The notes beneath the pieces were generated by a model that searched no databases, was not told the DNA's origin, and saw only the letters and a list, made by a program, of their open reading frames with translations. A program made the position numbers and the translations under genes. Of a stretch of 64,000 nucleotides of DNA, positions 1 through 12,241 are shown piece by piece. The stretch lies in assembly GCA_004764695.1 (NCBI GenBank), contig SMSO01000037.1:3634747-3698746 (forward strand). The letters run 5' to 3'. Every line of letters begins with the position of its first letter. Position 1 is the first letter of the stretch. This stretch comes from Schizochytrium sp. TIO01 (taxonomy: Eukaryota > Protista > Bigyra: Labyrinthulomycetes).

Positions 1-1886
1 GTCGCTGCAAGCTCTTGAATCTTCTTTTGCACAGTGGCTTCTTCTCTATAAATATTTGCTTCGACCTCTCTATTAGTGTGAGCCCAGTCTAGCATCTCCT
101 GAGGTGTAATTATTTTTACACCACTCCGTTCTTCAATAGACTTGAAAATTGTTTGAATTTCTCTTGGGCCATATTTATTGGTACCAAGTTGTTGTTGAAT
201 CTCTTTTGCATGCTTGCCTTTGTGACTGATAATAGATGCAATGTTAGCCATCTCCTGCTTAGCAAGCTTTGATTTAATACGAGCAGTCCGTCGACGGCTT
301 ACACCATGTTCTGGTATAGGATCCAATTCGCTCTCAAGCACTGCTCGTCCGCCAAGAACGCCTCCTTTACTAATTGCTGAATCCCCGATAGAACCCTCCC
401 CAACAAGCGATAGTAAACTTTTCGTAGAGCCTGCAGCCGCTCCAAGGTGTACTCTTTGTGAGCCTCCGTGCAGGTTTGAGTTGAGAGTGTCACTCGAAAA
501 CAGATTTTGAATGCTCGAGGCAAGGTAACCTGTCAAAGCGTCAACTTTCGCAATTTCGTCCCGCCGCTCTGCTAGAGCTTCAAAGTATTTTCGTTCAGTA
601 GCTCGAAGTGATATCTCGAGAGCAGCGCGTTGTTGTACAGCATGCTCTGACTCTCGTTTGGTCATTTTACAAAGTGCATTTGTCTCTTCCTCACCTTCTT
701 CAAGGATCTTCAAAGCTTCTACCTTCCCAGCTATGGAAGCCTGGCGAACTTTTTGCGAGTCCTCACTGCGCTCAAGCATGTATCGCATCGTGGGAAGGTA
801 ATTTACAAGATGTGAATTCTCGCTTTCCAGATCATGAAGCTGCGCTTCGAGTTTTGAGACTTGCGATTCTAAAGCTTCTCTTGCGTCCGAATCTTTCGCG
901 AGCTGTGCAGCTACTTCATTGCGCTTATCCCGAGCACTTTGGACCCTTGCAGTAAGCTCATTGACTTCCGCATGAATAGCGTTATAACTTGAATGCATAA
1001 CAACAATTCGTGATTCTACTTGGTCAAGAGCGGATGGTCCTGTGCCCCCAGCAGTATTGGGTCCACGTGAGGTTGGTGCTGGGGTTTCTGCAAGTACCTT
1101 GCTTGTTGTCGGGCGTTCTAGGTAGCTGCTTTGGAGATTTGCGTTGTTTGCAATCCCAGATTCGGAGTCCTCCGTTAAACCCACAATCACCTTTAGGTTT
1201 TGGTGTCCTGGGGCATGTTTTGTACTTTGGACGCACTGACTCCTCAGCTCCAGCAGCATGCGTCGCATCTGTGCTCGCAGGTCAGCAGTGTTGTCAGCAT
1301 CCATTGATGGCCGGTACGCTTCAATAACGCTGTCTTCATCCTCAGTTACTTTCGTCTCAGGAATTTTAGTACGTCCTCTCGGTGTACTGGTATGCGGTCG
1401 AACTCGAAGTTTGCGTGGACTGTGTTTACTGTAAGCTGGGTATGGCTTACGAGGCTGAGATGGTGCTGACTTTGGTCGCTCAAGCTCTGTCTCTGGCAAT
1501 GTGCTAATTTTGTTGCTTGTTGCATGAGGCGCTGTGATAGTCCGCACACACTCGTCGTCATTCTCGAATGAGTTTCGAGATTCTTGGCTGTCACTTTGTG
1601 TAGAACACTGCTTCTCTGGTCTCTGTTCTGCGACGGTCTTGGTTCGTCTGTTTTGATCAAAGTTGTTTAGGCCAAGAGAAGAGCCAGAGGACGGTGGCAC
1701 TCTCCTTCGCGCTGTTGAAGGTCGACTTAAAAAAACTTCTCGATGAAGGTTACTGGAGTTTGGCAAACTCGGTCCGGTGGTTTGCAAAAAGTACGACGAT
1801 ATCGGTCGATCTCGTCTCCGGCGAACACATGCTGTCACCTTCGCACTGCTGTTGCTACTGCTCGTGCTGTTGTTGTCGCTGCTCAT
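1..1886 (-). CDS. Hypothetical protein with disordered N-terminus and coiled-coil region; 3' end runs off the window
   Basis: Manual translation gives an uninterrupted frame from ATG at 1886 (MSSDNNSTSSSNSSAKVT...) to base 1 (...VQKKIQELAA). It is absent from the ORF track because there is no stop in the window. Heptad-like segment EVNELTARVQSARDKRNEVAAQLAKDSDAREALESQVSKLEAQLHDLESEN. Confidence 0.75.
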   Translation of the reverse strand, partial: MSSDNNSTSSSNSSAKVTACVRRRRDRPISSYFLQTTGPSLPNSSNLHREVFLSRPSTARRRVPPSSGSSLGLNNFDQNRRTKTVAEQRPEKQCSTQSDSQESRNSFENDDECVRTITAPHATSNKISTLPETELERPKSAPSQPRKPYPAYSKHSPRKLRVRPHTSTPRGRTKIPETKVTEDEDSVIEAYRPSMDADNTADLRAQMRRMLLELRSQCVQSTKHAPGHQNLKVIVGLTEDSESGIANNANLQSSYLERPTTSKVLAETPAPTSRGPNTAGGTGPSALDQVESRIVVMHSSYNAIHAEVNELTARVQSARDKRNEVAAQLAKDSDAREALESQVSKLEAQLHDLESENSHLVNYLPTMRYMLERSEDSQKVRQASIAGKVEALKILEEGEEETNALCKMTKRESEHAVQQRAALEISLRATERKYFEALAERRDEIAKVDALTGYLASSIQNLFSSDTLNSNLHGGSQRVHLGAAAGSTKSLLSLVGEGSIGDSAISKGGVLGGRAVLESELDPIPEHGVSRRRTARIKSKLAKQEMANIASIISHKGKHAKEIQQQLGTNKYGPREIQTIFKSIEERSGVKIITPQEMLDWAHTNREVEANIYREEATVQKKIQELAA

Positions 1887-2620
1887 GGTTCACAGCAAAA
1901 CTCGAGAGGCTTGTCAACTCAAATACCTTCCGCTTTCCACTGCAGCAGTGCTGACATGAATAGTGTGTATAACAACCCAAGCTAGCTTTCTCTCAAGACC
2001 GTGACATTCCCAAGCAAACGCAAATCGGCAGAGATCATCAAGACACCAACGATCGCCTTGTGGTCTCACATAACTTTTAATTTTTCTTTCACATAAAAAA
2101 GAAGCATTGACCGGATAGATTGGCAACACCTTAACGGATATAGAGGAAACACATATTTTTTTTGTTTAAATTCTTTCAAGCAAAAAAGAAAATCTTGAAG
2201 GTACCAGCGTAGAGATATGTAATTCTTCCAGCTGGTGCTCATGGCCCAAATAATCCTGAATGACACCACATTCGAGAACGTAAAATAGGTTGGGGCAACA
2301 CAGGAAAGAGAAAAGTGATCAAGTAGCTGGGAGATTTGGCGAGCTACCTTCAGGTAGTTGAAATATTAAAGTTGCAGTGGTAGCCTGCTCTGAAAAGAAA
2401 AAAGAAGTAGTTTCTACCTGCACTACTTCTCTTAACGTTCGGTCTATCAACTTGGGGGGGTTCGATGGGGTGCCGCTTGCTACGCGCTATGATTTGAAGT
2501 AAATCCATGATAGGCCAGTTGTGTTATCATGTGCTTAAAGTTGACTTGCATCTTATTTGGAGATTGCTATTCACCTTTCCTGGGGCTATAGAGGGGCATC
2601 GGTACAAAGGTTGATTTATT

Positions 2621-3229
2621 CTAGCTGTCTTCTCTTTGGATAGCGTGGCGAGTTCGCATGCTAATACGTTCCCCATAACACCTCATTAAAAAGAAGCAAA
2701 TGAAGGAAATCCCAGCTGTACCTACGGCGGAGGCGACTGGGTATTCATTGTAAATATAATGCACTAGCTCATCAGACTTGGTTACAAATGAGTCTGAAAG
2801 GATTGCATACCAAAGAAGAGCACCAAGAGATCCTGAAACAATACCAGCAATAACCTGGCCCATTGTGTGGCGGCCAATATGTACCCTCCAAAAGCTTCCC
2901 ATGAAAGCATAAACCAGACAAATGTATGGAATCCATTCAGGTGCACCAGGTGCATCCATCGCAAGGTTGGTGTAGAGTGAAAGGTACCAAAGCATGTGTG
3001 CATGGCTAGACGGAAATCCTGGGTCTTTCTTTCCACTTTTGAGAGCCTTTTCAGGACGTGGTTGGTTGAAAATGCGCTTCAGGAACTTCACAAGCACGCT
3101 ATTTAGTGCCGCGGCTACAAGCAGACGCACCATAAAGCCATTGCGAAGGTAAAAAAAGCTCGCAGCTGTAGCTGCAGCCGTGATATACTTTGTCTGCAGT
3201 ATTTTGCGTACAACAAACTCGAGATCCAT
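2621..3229 (-). CDS. PAP2-superfamily lipid phosphate phosphatase (dolichyldiphosphatase-like)
   Basis: PAP2 motifs C1 KRIFNQPRP, C2 FPSSH and C3 SFWRVHIGRHTMGQV, with hydrophobic helices. The first ATG is at 3229 (MDLEFVV); the ORF track extends to a non-ATG start at 3352. Confidence 0.85.
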   Translation of the reverse strand: MDLEFVVRKILQTKYITAAATAASFFYLRNGFMVRLLVAAALNSVLVKFLKRIFNQPRPEKALKSGKKDPGFPSSHAHMLWYLSLYTNLAMDAPGAPEWIPYICLVYAFMGSFWRVHIGRHTMGQVIAGIVSGSLGALLWYAILSDSFVTKSDELVHYIYNEYPVASAVGTAGISFICFFLMRCYGERISMRTRHAIQREDS

Positions 3230-5383
3230 CCTGTATGCGCAAGTTTTATTAAGTTTATGGTTCCTTGAACAAAATAGGGATTTGCAAAGGATAAAATTTC
3301 CCTTTGAAGTTTCTAAAGCCTGCGGCGCTTGCCCCTTGCACCAGCTTCGCACGACGACTTCGAGGCGATCTAGCTGTCCTGGAGATCCTGTTCGCGCACT
3401 CTCAAGAGTGCCGAACGGGATCTACAAGGCCTTGGCCTACGCTTACCGAGACCTCACGTAAGGTGGGGTAGTCTGGTGAAGCGCTCCTCAGCCAGACAGT
3501 TCTCGTGCAAAGATGAGTTTTGGTTTTGCGCTTCGGTCACGTTGGAACCATATTCATAGTACGCTGTGTGATAAGCCCTAAGAGAAGAAAAGGTTTTTAT
3601 GTTTTTAATCGGAATGTTGCCTGAGGGCGATGGTAAAGAAGGTTGACGCACCGTAAGTGTTGCAGATGTCATCGTCGCATGCCAGGTGGGTCTGCACCCA
3701 ATAGATGTATTTACTTCCTCTGGCATGAAGTTTGGCGAAATGGACAAACTCATATCCCCTACAGAGTAGTACGGAGGATGCTTAATTGGACTACCTAGAA
3801 CCATTAGAGTTTACTACTAGGTAGTAGGTGCCTGCCTACCTACCTCTTTTTCTCAATGTGTACAAGTTGAATTTCTTAGAAATGTGTTGCACGAGCCCAC
3901 GCGACTGCTCAATAAGGCCTGCCCACCTTATTTGTTGTTGTTGTTTGCTTACCCCCCAAAACAAAAATGATTGGACTCGGAGTGGTCGATACTTGAATTT
4001 GCAAGAATGTTATTTCTGTACAGAGTCGTGTCACCTATCTCTATTTATTTCTGCTGACTGCAATGGTGTGAAAATTAGATTCAATTTTTCTTGGTTCTGA
4101 GCTAGAGTGTAAATTCAAGTGCTAAGTCCTGGCCCCAACCAACGCGGTAAAGCAGATCTTGCGTCTTACAATTTTCGGGGGAGGTAGTGATAGCGGAGAA
4201 CTTTCGCAATTTACAACTTGGGTGGGAGTATCAGATAAAATGTTATCCCTCATTGTCCCCTACGAGGTGGTAAAGAAGATTTACGTAGTAACATTCGAAG
4301 TTTATATCTCAAAGTTTCGGGGAATCGTATGGCGAGGGAGAACTTTCGCGCTTTGCGTCGTGAGCTGGAATGCGACTTCGAGCGCTATCTCTGAACAAAC
4401 TTTCGTCCATAGCAATGCGGTAATGCAGATAGAAGACGTAGTGAGTTTAGTTTTTAGATTGGGGGGTTAATGGAGTGGTGAGGGAGAACTTGCGGAATTT
4501 ACTTTTTGAATTTACATGCGAATTTAACAAACTGCCACTTCTCGGCAATATTACGTACCAGCCCTAGGCAAAGTAGGAATTGACTCCGAAAAAAGAAAGA
4601 GAAAGAGAAAAAGAAAAGAGGTTAACGTGAAATAACCTGAACTCTTACAGAGCTATTGGAAATTACCTTATTTCATGATATCCTGGTGTAGCTCTGTTTA
4701 CTTCGCTTCATAAATCCCCATTTTCTAGCAATAAAAGGTCACAGAGGTTACTCTGCAAGACCTACGGACTGTTTCGAGCTACTGTGCAAACAAATCCACG
4801 TGCTGCAATGATAATTCACTGTTTTGGAAAGTTATTGCATCCAAGATCCGGAGTTATTTGCGACACATGAGCGATATGGAAGGTTTTTCAGGTGAAGAAA
4901 AGTATTACCATATCATTCAAGATAGTGCAACTTCAACGCATTTCTATTCCACTCCTAAAAAGTGATGGCAATTAAATTAAGATTTCCGAAAGGTGTCTTG
5001 ACTTTGAGGATATAGAACAGGTGGTAACAAGAGTGCTGCAAAATACTGGAAGGATATACCTCGACTTGAGTTTTACCCGAGTAAAGAATGGATATCAGCA
5101 GTTTGACTGGTGGTTGAGAATTGGTGAAGTTCTGGCAGTTGCCGAGCTCTTCCACACCATGTTGGACTGAGTATTGATTTCCTACCAACGTAATAGGTCA
5201 CTCAATCTTAAAAGTCAGAAGCTACCATGATACATGCCCCTATCGACCAATCAATCCTATTTTCATTTTTTGTTAAGCCTCAACCGTTCTATCTCTCGGT
5301 AGTAGCAGTAGTAGTAGTAGTAGTAGTAGTAGGTACTTAGTACCCCAATAGAAAGTAGTTCAGTGCATTTAGTGTGATGTTAA

Positions 5384-7090
5384 AATAACACTCCTTACTC
5401 TTGTAAGACATACGTGGAGTGGTATTTTTCCAGTCCATATGGTATTTCCAAGTGACTAACTTGAAATTAAGCAGCAAATTTAGTTCTCGAAAGTTTTCAT
5501 TACGGTGTGGAAAGTATGCTTCGCATGCGGTGGTGCTGCTCACTGAGAAGTCCTAACTGCCTTATACTTCTGATATCCAGTTGATAATGTGCACAAAGTT
5601 GCATAACCGGGCGTTGATACTGTATTCGTCACAAGCTACGTGCTTACTCACTCTTACTAGCGAAGGGTCATTCATATTAAAATTCTTTTACCTGATCAAA
5701 AAATCATTTAAGCATATTAGATCAGGTGTGAGTTACTTTTTTAAGACTTGACTTTCTTACCAAGTGAAAAGATTGGTGAGAGAAGTCTCTGATAAGCGAG
5801 AGTGCAATCTCGCAGTACTAAGGTGCATAGGTGGGTACTAATTAGTTCGGCACAGAAACATTCACTACAATGTCGAGTCTACCAATAACACTCCGTACTC
5901 GTGCAAGAAGCGCGCGTAAAGTGGCGTTTTATCAGTCGCATGATGTTTCCAAGTGCCTAACTTGAAACTTAGCAACAAACTTAGTTCTCGACAGTCTTAA
6001 ACAAAGGTGTCGAGAGTATGTGGTGGGTGATGCTGATTCAGAAGTCTAATATTGTACCTAGGTACATAACTAAATTCCACAGTCGTCAAGCTGGCGATAT
6101 CTCGTAAAGCCTCCACGTTGTATACCACGGCGTCAATCCTATGTTCGTCACAGACTAAGCGCATACTCATTCTCACTAGCCAATGGTGGTTCATGTTGAA
6201 ACCCCTTTTCTTCATCAAAAAACAAAGTAGAATCATCATCAATGCATATTAGATCAGGCATAAGTTAGTATTTGGAGACTTGAGTTTCTACCCAAGTGAG
6301 GAGTCTCCTCTGATTAGTGAGGCGAGTCTCACAGTACTAAGCTGTCTTCTACCAAATAGTTTGACTCAAATTTTTTCACTGATATGTGATGTCTAACACT
6401 CTGCATTCTTGCATGATTGTGTATTTTGCCAGTCCACATGATGTTTCCAAGTGGATAACTTCAAACTAAGCAACAAACTAGTTCTCTACAGTCTTTAGTA
6501 AAGATGTTGAGTGTAAACGGAGGTGTTGCTGATTTAGAAATCCAGCACTGCACCTAGCTGTTTAATACTACAAAGTTCAAGTTGGTGATGCCCCGTGTCA
6601 AACAAGCCATACTCGTGCAAGAAATGTGCGTAGAATAGTATTTCCTAGTGATTAACCTTAAACTAAGCCACGAAATTAGTTCTCTATGGTCTTTAATAAA
6701 GGTGTCTGTTTAGTAAAGATGTTAAGTGTAAACGGAGGTGTTGCTGATTTAGAAATCCAGCACTACACCTAGCTGTTTAATACTACAAAGTTCAAGTTGG
6801 TGATGCCCCGTGTCAAACAAGCCATACTCATGCAAGAAATGTGCGTAGAATGGTATTTCCTAGTGATTAACCTTAAACTAAGCCACAAATTTAGTTCTCT
6901 ATGGTCTTTAATAAAGGTGTCGCGAGTGTGCGGTGGGTGATGCTGATTCAGAAGTCTTTCATTGCAAGTATACTACAGACTTCAAGCTATATTCTAACGT
7001 CAATAAGTCTCGTGAATTCTCGCAATGTTGCTTGATTTATCATGAATTGCGCGCTTGCTTACTTTCGCTTACCACTCTCACTAGTCAGAG
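5384..7090. repeat. Degenerate ~500-bp tandem repeat array containing a younger 213-bp tandem duplication
   Basis: Diverged copies start near 5384, 5884 and 6395 and share blocks such as TAACACTC, TTTCCAAGTG..TAACTT.AAA and TAGTTCTC. The first two copies also share GCATATTAGATCAGG and CAGTACTAAG. A near-identical pair lies at 6494-6706 and 6709-6921. Confidence 0.8.
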
Positions 7091-8611
7091 GCGACGCCTC
7101 GAGATCTTTTCGCTTAGGTAAGACCCACGCCAGATGTTTAGGCCCAGTGCTATTTTCTACGAACCTAAGTCGTTCCTACTCCTTCCGCTAGCTAGTTGGC
7201 GCAGGTCCACGCTCTTTACGTACTCCAAGACGAGCCAGTGATTTATCTAATCACCGAGATCTTGATCGCGCTTTGCTACAATCATTGGTTCCTCACATCG
7301 CAAATTGTCGGGGATCGCTCCTTCTGCTTTAATACTTGGTACTTAAGAGCGCTCTCTTCTTTAGACCTGTTGGCTCATCTGCTCAACCTCAGTCCAGCTC
7401 AGCTGTGCATACAAAGGTCCATACAACGTGCTTGTAGGCTATATAGGCATCCGCGCCAAGGTCTGACATCTCAATCCAACCTCGCCAATAACATGCTCGA
7501 GCCTTTCGGTTGAAGCCCCAAGGTTCCGAGCCACGTTCTCTTGTCGCTTCTTGCTCTAGGAGCTCTCGGAGTTTGCAGTCACAAATTTTTTGCCAAGTTC
7601 AGGTTTGCCAACAGCTCAAGTTGATGACCGGATGGATGAAGGACTAAACCAGCTCAAAGCAAGATCACAGAGTTGAAAGAGGACTTTCATTCGACATATA
7701 TGTCTTCGCTTGAGTTCAAGTTCAAGTTGTCTCGGTACTGAGGTACTGTCATGTTCTCAAAAGCTATTCCTTTTCTTGGTAAAATTTCAAGTAAAAATAA
7801 AATAAAAATTATTAGATCAAACTACGCACTATACTTAGAGGGAAGACAACGCTTGAGACTCCTTTGATGGAATTTTAGGGTGTTATTGCTCTATCGATGA
7901 TTGTGCTTGTTGGTTTTTCTATCTCATAAGCACATGATCTTCACAGACATCGCAGCCGCTCTTCGCCTTCAGCGCAGTTCTAAGGGTTTCTTCCTCATCT
8001 CCTTGTTTCCGGTCTCTTCCTCTATTGAGTTCCGTTCCTTCGGGTATTCTAAGCCGGTCGAGCGACCCTCAATCAATCCATCGCTGGTTTTGTATTCGTC
8101 ATCGTGGCTGTTGACGCATTCTTTGTGTCGCCTTGAATCCCCATAATGAATGATATGATATATGCTGTTCTATTGATTATTTATTCAAGTCGCCTATCTA
8201 TTAGTAATTTGTGATCTTCTCTTTCTTTATATAGGTACATACTAGGCCTACTCTTTTTCTTCTCTTGGTTTTTTCAAGTTGATCTTTAGAAACTTGAATG
8301 AATAAATAACTTTGAAAATTAAGTCGAAAAGAAGAAAGTTCAAGTTGTTTCCTTATTTGTATTGTTTAGTTAGTTCGTTCGTTGTTTATTGGTCCATAAA
8401 AACCAAGTTTGGTTCAAACAGGCAGCGCTTTCAAATTTTGATACGGAGACCCAGGTTGACCAGCGCAATCACACATCGCTTCGCACGTCCAGGACGGGTG
8501 CGACGTGGATGCTGGCAAGGTGGAATTGGGGAAAAGGCGGCGAGAGACACGCGCTGGCCTGCTGGTTTGTGGCAACAGCAAAACCAACAGCTCCAGCTTC
8601 AGCCACAGCCC

Positions 8612-9625
8612 ATGACGTCGCTGCGACGTGAAGAGCGCCTTGACGAACTGCGTCAAAATGAGCTGCAAGAAACACATAAAGAGAAGAAGTCAGGCGCTGG
8701 CTCACAGAGAGGTAAGGAGTCCTTGGCAGGCATTATATCAGGCGTGATCTCGCGCGTGGTGGTTTCCCCTTTGGACGTACTCAAGATCAGGTTCCAATTG
8801 CAGATCAGCAAGCAAGATGGCTACAGTGGAATTGTGCAGAGTGCCAGGAAGATCTTCAACGAAGAGGGCGTCCGTGGGCTCTGGAAAGGAACAATGCCGT
8901 CATTGTTCCTTTGGGGCGCATATTCGGGCATTCAATTCCCTGTATATCATGATACCTTGCATTTTTTTGGACACACGCGAGACTCAGCGCCGTGGACCAT
9001 TGACTTGGTCGCGGGAGCATCGGGATCCTTTGCTGCAACTGCACTGTCATATCCTCTAGACACACTTCGTACTCAGCTCGTGTATAGGCAGATGGAACAC
9101 CGCAGTGTCCTGGCGCTCACCAAACATATCTACGTAAACGATGGGTTCAGTGGATTTTTCCGTGGATTCGTACCCACGGTAACACAAGTTGTGCCAGGCA
9201 TGGCGCTGTCATTTGCATTCTATGGTTTTTTTCGCCGCCACATTGTGACACCAAAATCTGGTGTGGACAGTGAGAATGCAAAGATTTCTCCTCTCTCGTT
9301 GGCTCAAACGTTACTTAACTTGTGTTCCGGTTCTCTAGCTGGGATGCTTTCTAAGATTTTCGTACATCCACTTGACACAGTCAAGAAACGTATCCAGGTG
9401 AACCATTTGCTCGAGCGTAGTCCAGAACATCAGGTCCGCTATAAGGGTATGCTACACTGTATCCAGGAAATGTACATACATGAAGGTGTGCGAAGCTTCT
9501 TTAGTGGCCTTTCTCCTACGTTGCTCAAATCAGCTGTTTCAACGGCTTTCACTTTCACAATCTATGATTACACTCTTGCACTACTTAACTCGGGAACCTG
9601 GAATGCAAATGAAACCAAAATTTAG
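8612..9625 (+). CDS. Mitochondrial carrier (SLC25 family), most like the thiamine pyrophosphate carrier
   Basis: Three PX[DE]XX[KR] signatures (PLDVLKIR, PLDTLRTQ, PLDTVKKR). SPLDVLKIRFQLQ and YSGIQF resemble SLC25A19/TPC1. The first ATG is at 8612. Confidence 0.85.
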   Translation: MTSLRREERLDELRQNELQETHKEKKSGAGSQRGKESLAGIISGVISRVVVSPLDVLKIRFQLQISKQDGYSGIVQSARKIFNEEGVRGLWKGTMPSLFLWGAYSGIQFPVYHDTLHFFGHTRDSAPWTIDLVAGASGSFAATALSYPLDTLRTQLVYRQMEHRSVLALTKHIYVNDGFSGFFRGFVPTVTQVVPGMALSFAFYGFFRRHIVTPKSGVDSENAKISPLSLAQTLLNLCSGSLAGMLSKIFVHPLDTVKKRIQVNHLLERSPEHQVRYKGMLHCIQEMYIHEGVRSFFSGLSPTLLKSAVSTAFTFTIYDYTLALLNSGTWNANETKI

Positions 9626-10150
9626 TGCATAATTTATTTTTCCAGATGGACATTTTTCGGAGACGATCACTGTCCATGTCACTCATGCATAAAATCATTA
9701 TGCGCAGTCCAAGACAGGTCCAGTTTCTTAATCCATCATTGGTGTGGCTATTATTAATTTACCTCCTGGAGAGCACAACTGATGAATTTGAGATTGAGAT
9801 TGGTACTGGATCCGTTATACCTGGCCCGTACATTTTTACTTTCAAAATATAGTGAAGCACGCTGCTTTGTTTATATTGAATTTTAGTCATAGTCCGAATT
9901 TGCAGTATATTGAGTTCTTTGGCCAACCTCAATTTAATACAAATTGCCTTCTTACCCTATCTTCATTGCCTCTCCTATCGAAACTTATACATTCAAAAGA
10001 TAAAATGAATTATCTTGTTTTCTTAAAAGTACAAATTGATTTCCAGTATGATTGTATCAGAAAAACAAAACAAAATATATGTACCCTTAATCAAGGTTTT
10101 GGGAACGCCCGGAGGAGAGAGAAGAACAAGGCTTCTCAACACCAAGATCT

Positions 10151-12241
10151 TCATTTAAATTCATAAGCACTCTTGCGACGAACTTGCTTCAGGAGACGGC
10201 TCTGTTTCTGTTCTCGCCGACGCGCATGCTCAAGAGCATTTCGAAGGTGATCCACTCGTGCTTCAACTTGAGAAGCGTACTTACGATGATATTCATTGAC
10301 AAATATATCTGGTTGTTCATCAAAATCGTCAAATGAAGGAGGTACTAAAGCACCTACCGGTTTAGCCTCACCGTGATCTTGTTTCGGCCAACCCTCCTGG
10401 GACTGGACCTGTTTCCAGGAGTACTGTTCATCATACTGCTGTTTAGTTAAAGTGTAGGTTGTTGGTGCCGGAGCAGTTTCACTGATCTCCTTGCGTTGTT
10501 GTGATACAGTAGAAATTACGGCTGACTGGAATGGTGTATCGTGAGTCCACTGAATAAGATGCTGGTATTCTTGAGACCTTATCGCAGTGGTATTTTCACC
10601 ATCGCTTATGCCAATACCTCTGGTGTACGGATCCTTTTCTGTCTCAAGATGCGTGTTGCGATCAATCTTGTGGATTTCCATATCACCATGTGGTAGTGTA
10701 CACTTGTCAAGTACGGGGTTTGTAGCAATCGAATCTTGCGGAATAACACGCTGAGTAGAATTTTGAGAGTTTGTCTGCGCCACAAGTTGAGATTCCTCCT
10801 CGGGGGTTAAATCTGCTACGGCAGTGGGTCGAGGCTCGGTAAGCAGTCTGTGCAACGTTCGTTCGCCACCAACCATGGATGCAATGGCGCCCACAACTTT
10901 TTTAGCATCAGATCGAGCTCTCTGTAATTCCTCTTTGAGGCGTTCAATCTCCTCTGCTTGTTCCCGCAAAGTCTCTTCACGTGCATGCGCCTTTTGAATT
11001 TCTTCTTTGAGCTCTACCACAGCAGCTCGACTAGCTTCCACTTCCCCCTGGAGTTGCTTCTTCAATTCGCGCTCATGATCAAGACAAGTTTGTGAGTCTT
11101 TTAGTTGCATTCGCAAGGCATCGACCTGGGTTTGTAATAAATTTTTGGCTTCTTTGAACCTTGTAGTCTCGTTTCGAGCCGCCTCAATCTCATGAGTTGC
11201 ATTTTGGGACTGTTTAACCTCCTTTTTCAAATGAGAGAGCTCTTGAAGGATTTTCTTCATCTCTTCTTTGCCAATTACATTCACCGTTGTAACAACAGGG
11301 GCTGCTGCAGCCGGCGCAGCAGAAGCGATCCCTGGATTTGCTGCATGTTGTGGCGGTGGCTTAAGTTGATTATGTTGCAATTGAGGGTTGATCTGCCCTG
11401 TACTCTGTGCCGATGCTAACGAATCAGCCTCCTGAAGTTGTGCGGGCTGAGGTGAATTACTTCTTGAGAAATGTTTCTGTAGACGAATTTCAGCTTCCAG
11501 AGGTGTCGGGGGAGGGGAAGGAGCGTTGGCGCCCTCTCCAGGATCAAATTTTGTTACAAGTTGGGTTAATTGCATATGCAACTGAGATCGATCCTTAACA
11601 CTTCTTGTTGGCTCTTCACTTGGATCAGGTGAGGGGGGAGGAGAAGGGATATCAACTATACTGGAGGCGTTTGATGCGGTGCGAGGGTTGCGATCTAAAG
11701 AAGCCTGTGATGACGAAGAATCCTGGTTGTTCTTATCCACAGAATTGACGCTGCGTTGAGAGGGAATTTTGCTTGGCAAAGCAAATTTGGGTTGTCGATT
11801 TTTTTGTGTTCCGGTGATTTCCGCTGCATTTTCAGAGAAGAGGGATTCAGGCGGAGGAGGCGGAGGTGGTGGCGGCTGCCTTTGACTACTATATGACCTA
11901 CGAGAGGACGAAGAATGTGTGGAGGGTAAGCTCTTAGATGATGACTTTCTACGAACCACCACAGACTCTCCCAAGGCACTGTTCAGATTATCTTTTTGTT
12001 CTTCTTCGTCGTCTCCTTTAGTTTCTAACTGTGCTGGGTCTTGGTCTTCGGATAATGATAGACTCCGATTGCTTAAGCTACGATTTGAGAGCTTTCTCAA
12101 GGAATGGAGCCGCTTGAGGCGCTCTGAGCCTATGGAGCGACCACTACTTTGACGTACTAACGAACCGAAGTGGCTTTCAACGTCATCCTCGACCTCAATA
12201 ACCTTGCGTCGCGCCCGAATTTGCGCGAAAACACCGTCCAT
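10151..12241 (-). CDS. Hypothetical protein with Ser/Pro-rich region and coiled coil (696 aa)
   Basis: Long ATG-initiated ORF with poly-Pro tracts (QPPPPPPPPP) and a central heptad region (KILQELSHLKKEV...ERLKEELQRAR). Confidence 0.75.
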   Translation of the reverse strand: MDGVFAQIRARRKVIEVEDDVESHFGSLVRQSSGRSIGSERLKRLHSLRKLSNRSLSNRSLSLSEDQDPAQLETKGDDEEEQKDNLNSALGESVVVRRKSSSKSLPSTHSSSSRRSYSSQRQPPPPPPPPPESLFSENAAEITGTQKNRQPKFALPSKIPSQRSVNSVDKNNQDSSSSQASLDRNPRTASNASSIVDIPSPPPSPDPSEEPTRSVKDRSQLHMQLTQLVTKFDPGEGANAPSPPPTPLEAEIRLQKHFSRSNSPQPAQLQEADSLASAQSTGQINPQLQHNQLKPPPQHAANPGIASAAPAAAAPVVTTVNVIGKEEMKKILQELSHLKKEVKQSQNATHEIEAARNETTRFKEAKNLLQTQVDALRMQLKDSQTCLDHERELKKQLQGEVEASRAAVVELKEEIQKAHAREETLREQAEEIERLKEELQRARSDAKKVVGAIASMVGGERTLHRLLTEPRPTAVADLTPEEESQLVAQTNSQNSTQRVIPQDSIATNPVLDKCTLPHGDMEIHKIDRNTHLETEKDPYTRGIGISDGENTTAIRSQEYQHLIQWTHDTPFQSAVISTVSQQRKEISETAPAPTTYTLTKQQYDEQYSWKQVQSQEGWPKQDHGEAKPVGALVPPSFDDFDEQPDIFVNEYHRKYASQVEARVDHLRNALEHARRREQKQSRLLKQVRRKSAYEFK

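Noticed and set aside
5384-7090. CRISPR array or LTR element
   Set aside because: The units are hundreds of bp long with no repeat-spacer structure. No cas, gag or pol ORFs are present and the context is eukaryotic.
8312-8611. Upstream extensions of ORFs from TTG/GTG starts (also 3230-3352, 13007-13171, 41655-41690, 50660-50674)
   Set aside because: In a eukaryote initiation is expected at ATG, and the extensions look like UTR or promoter sequence.
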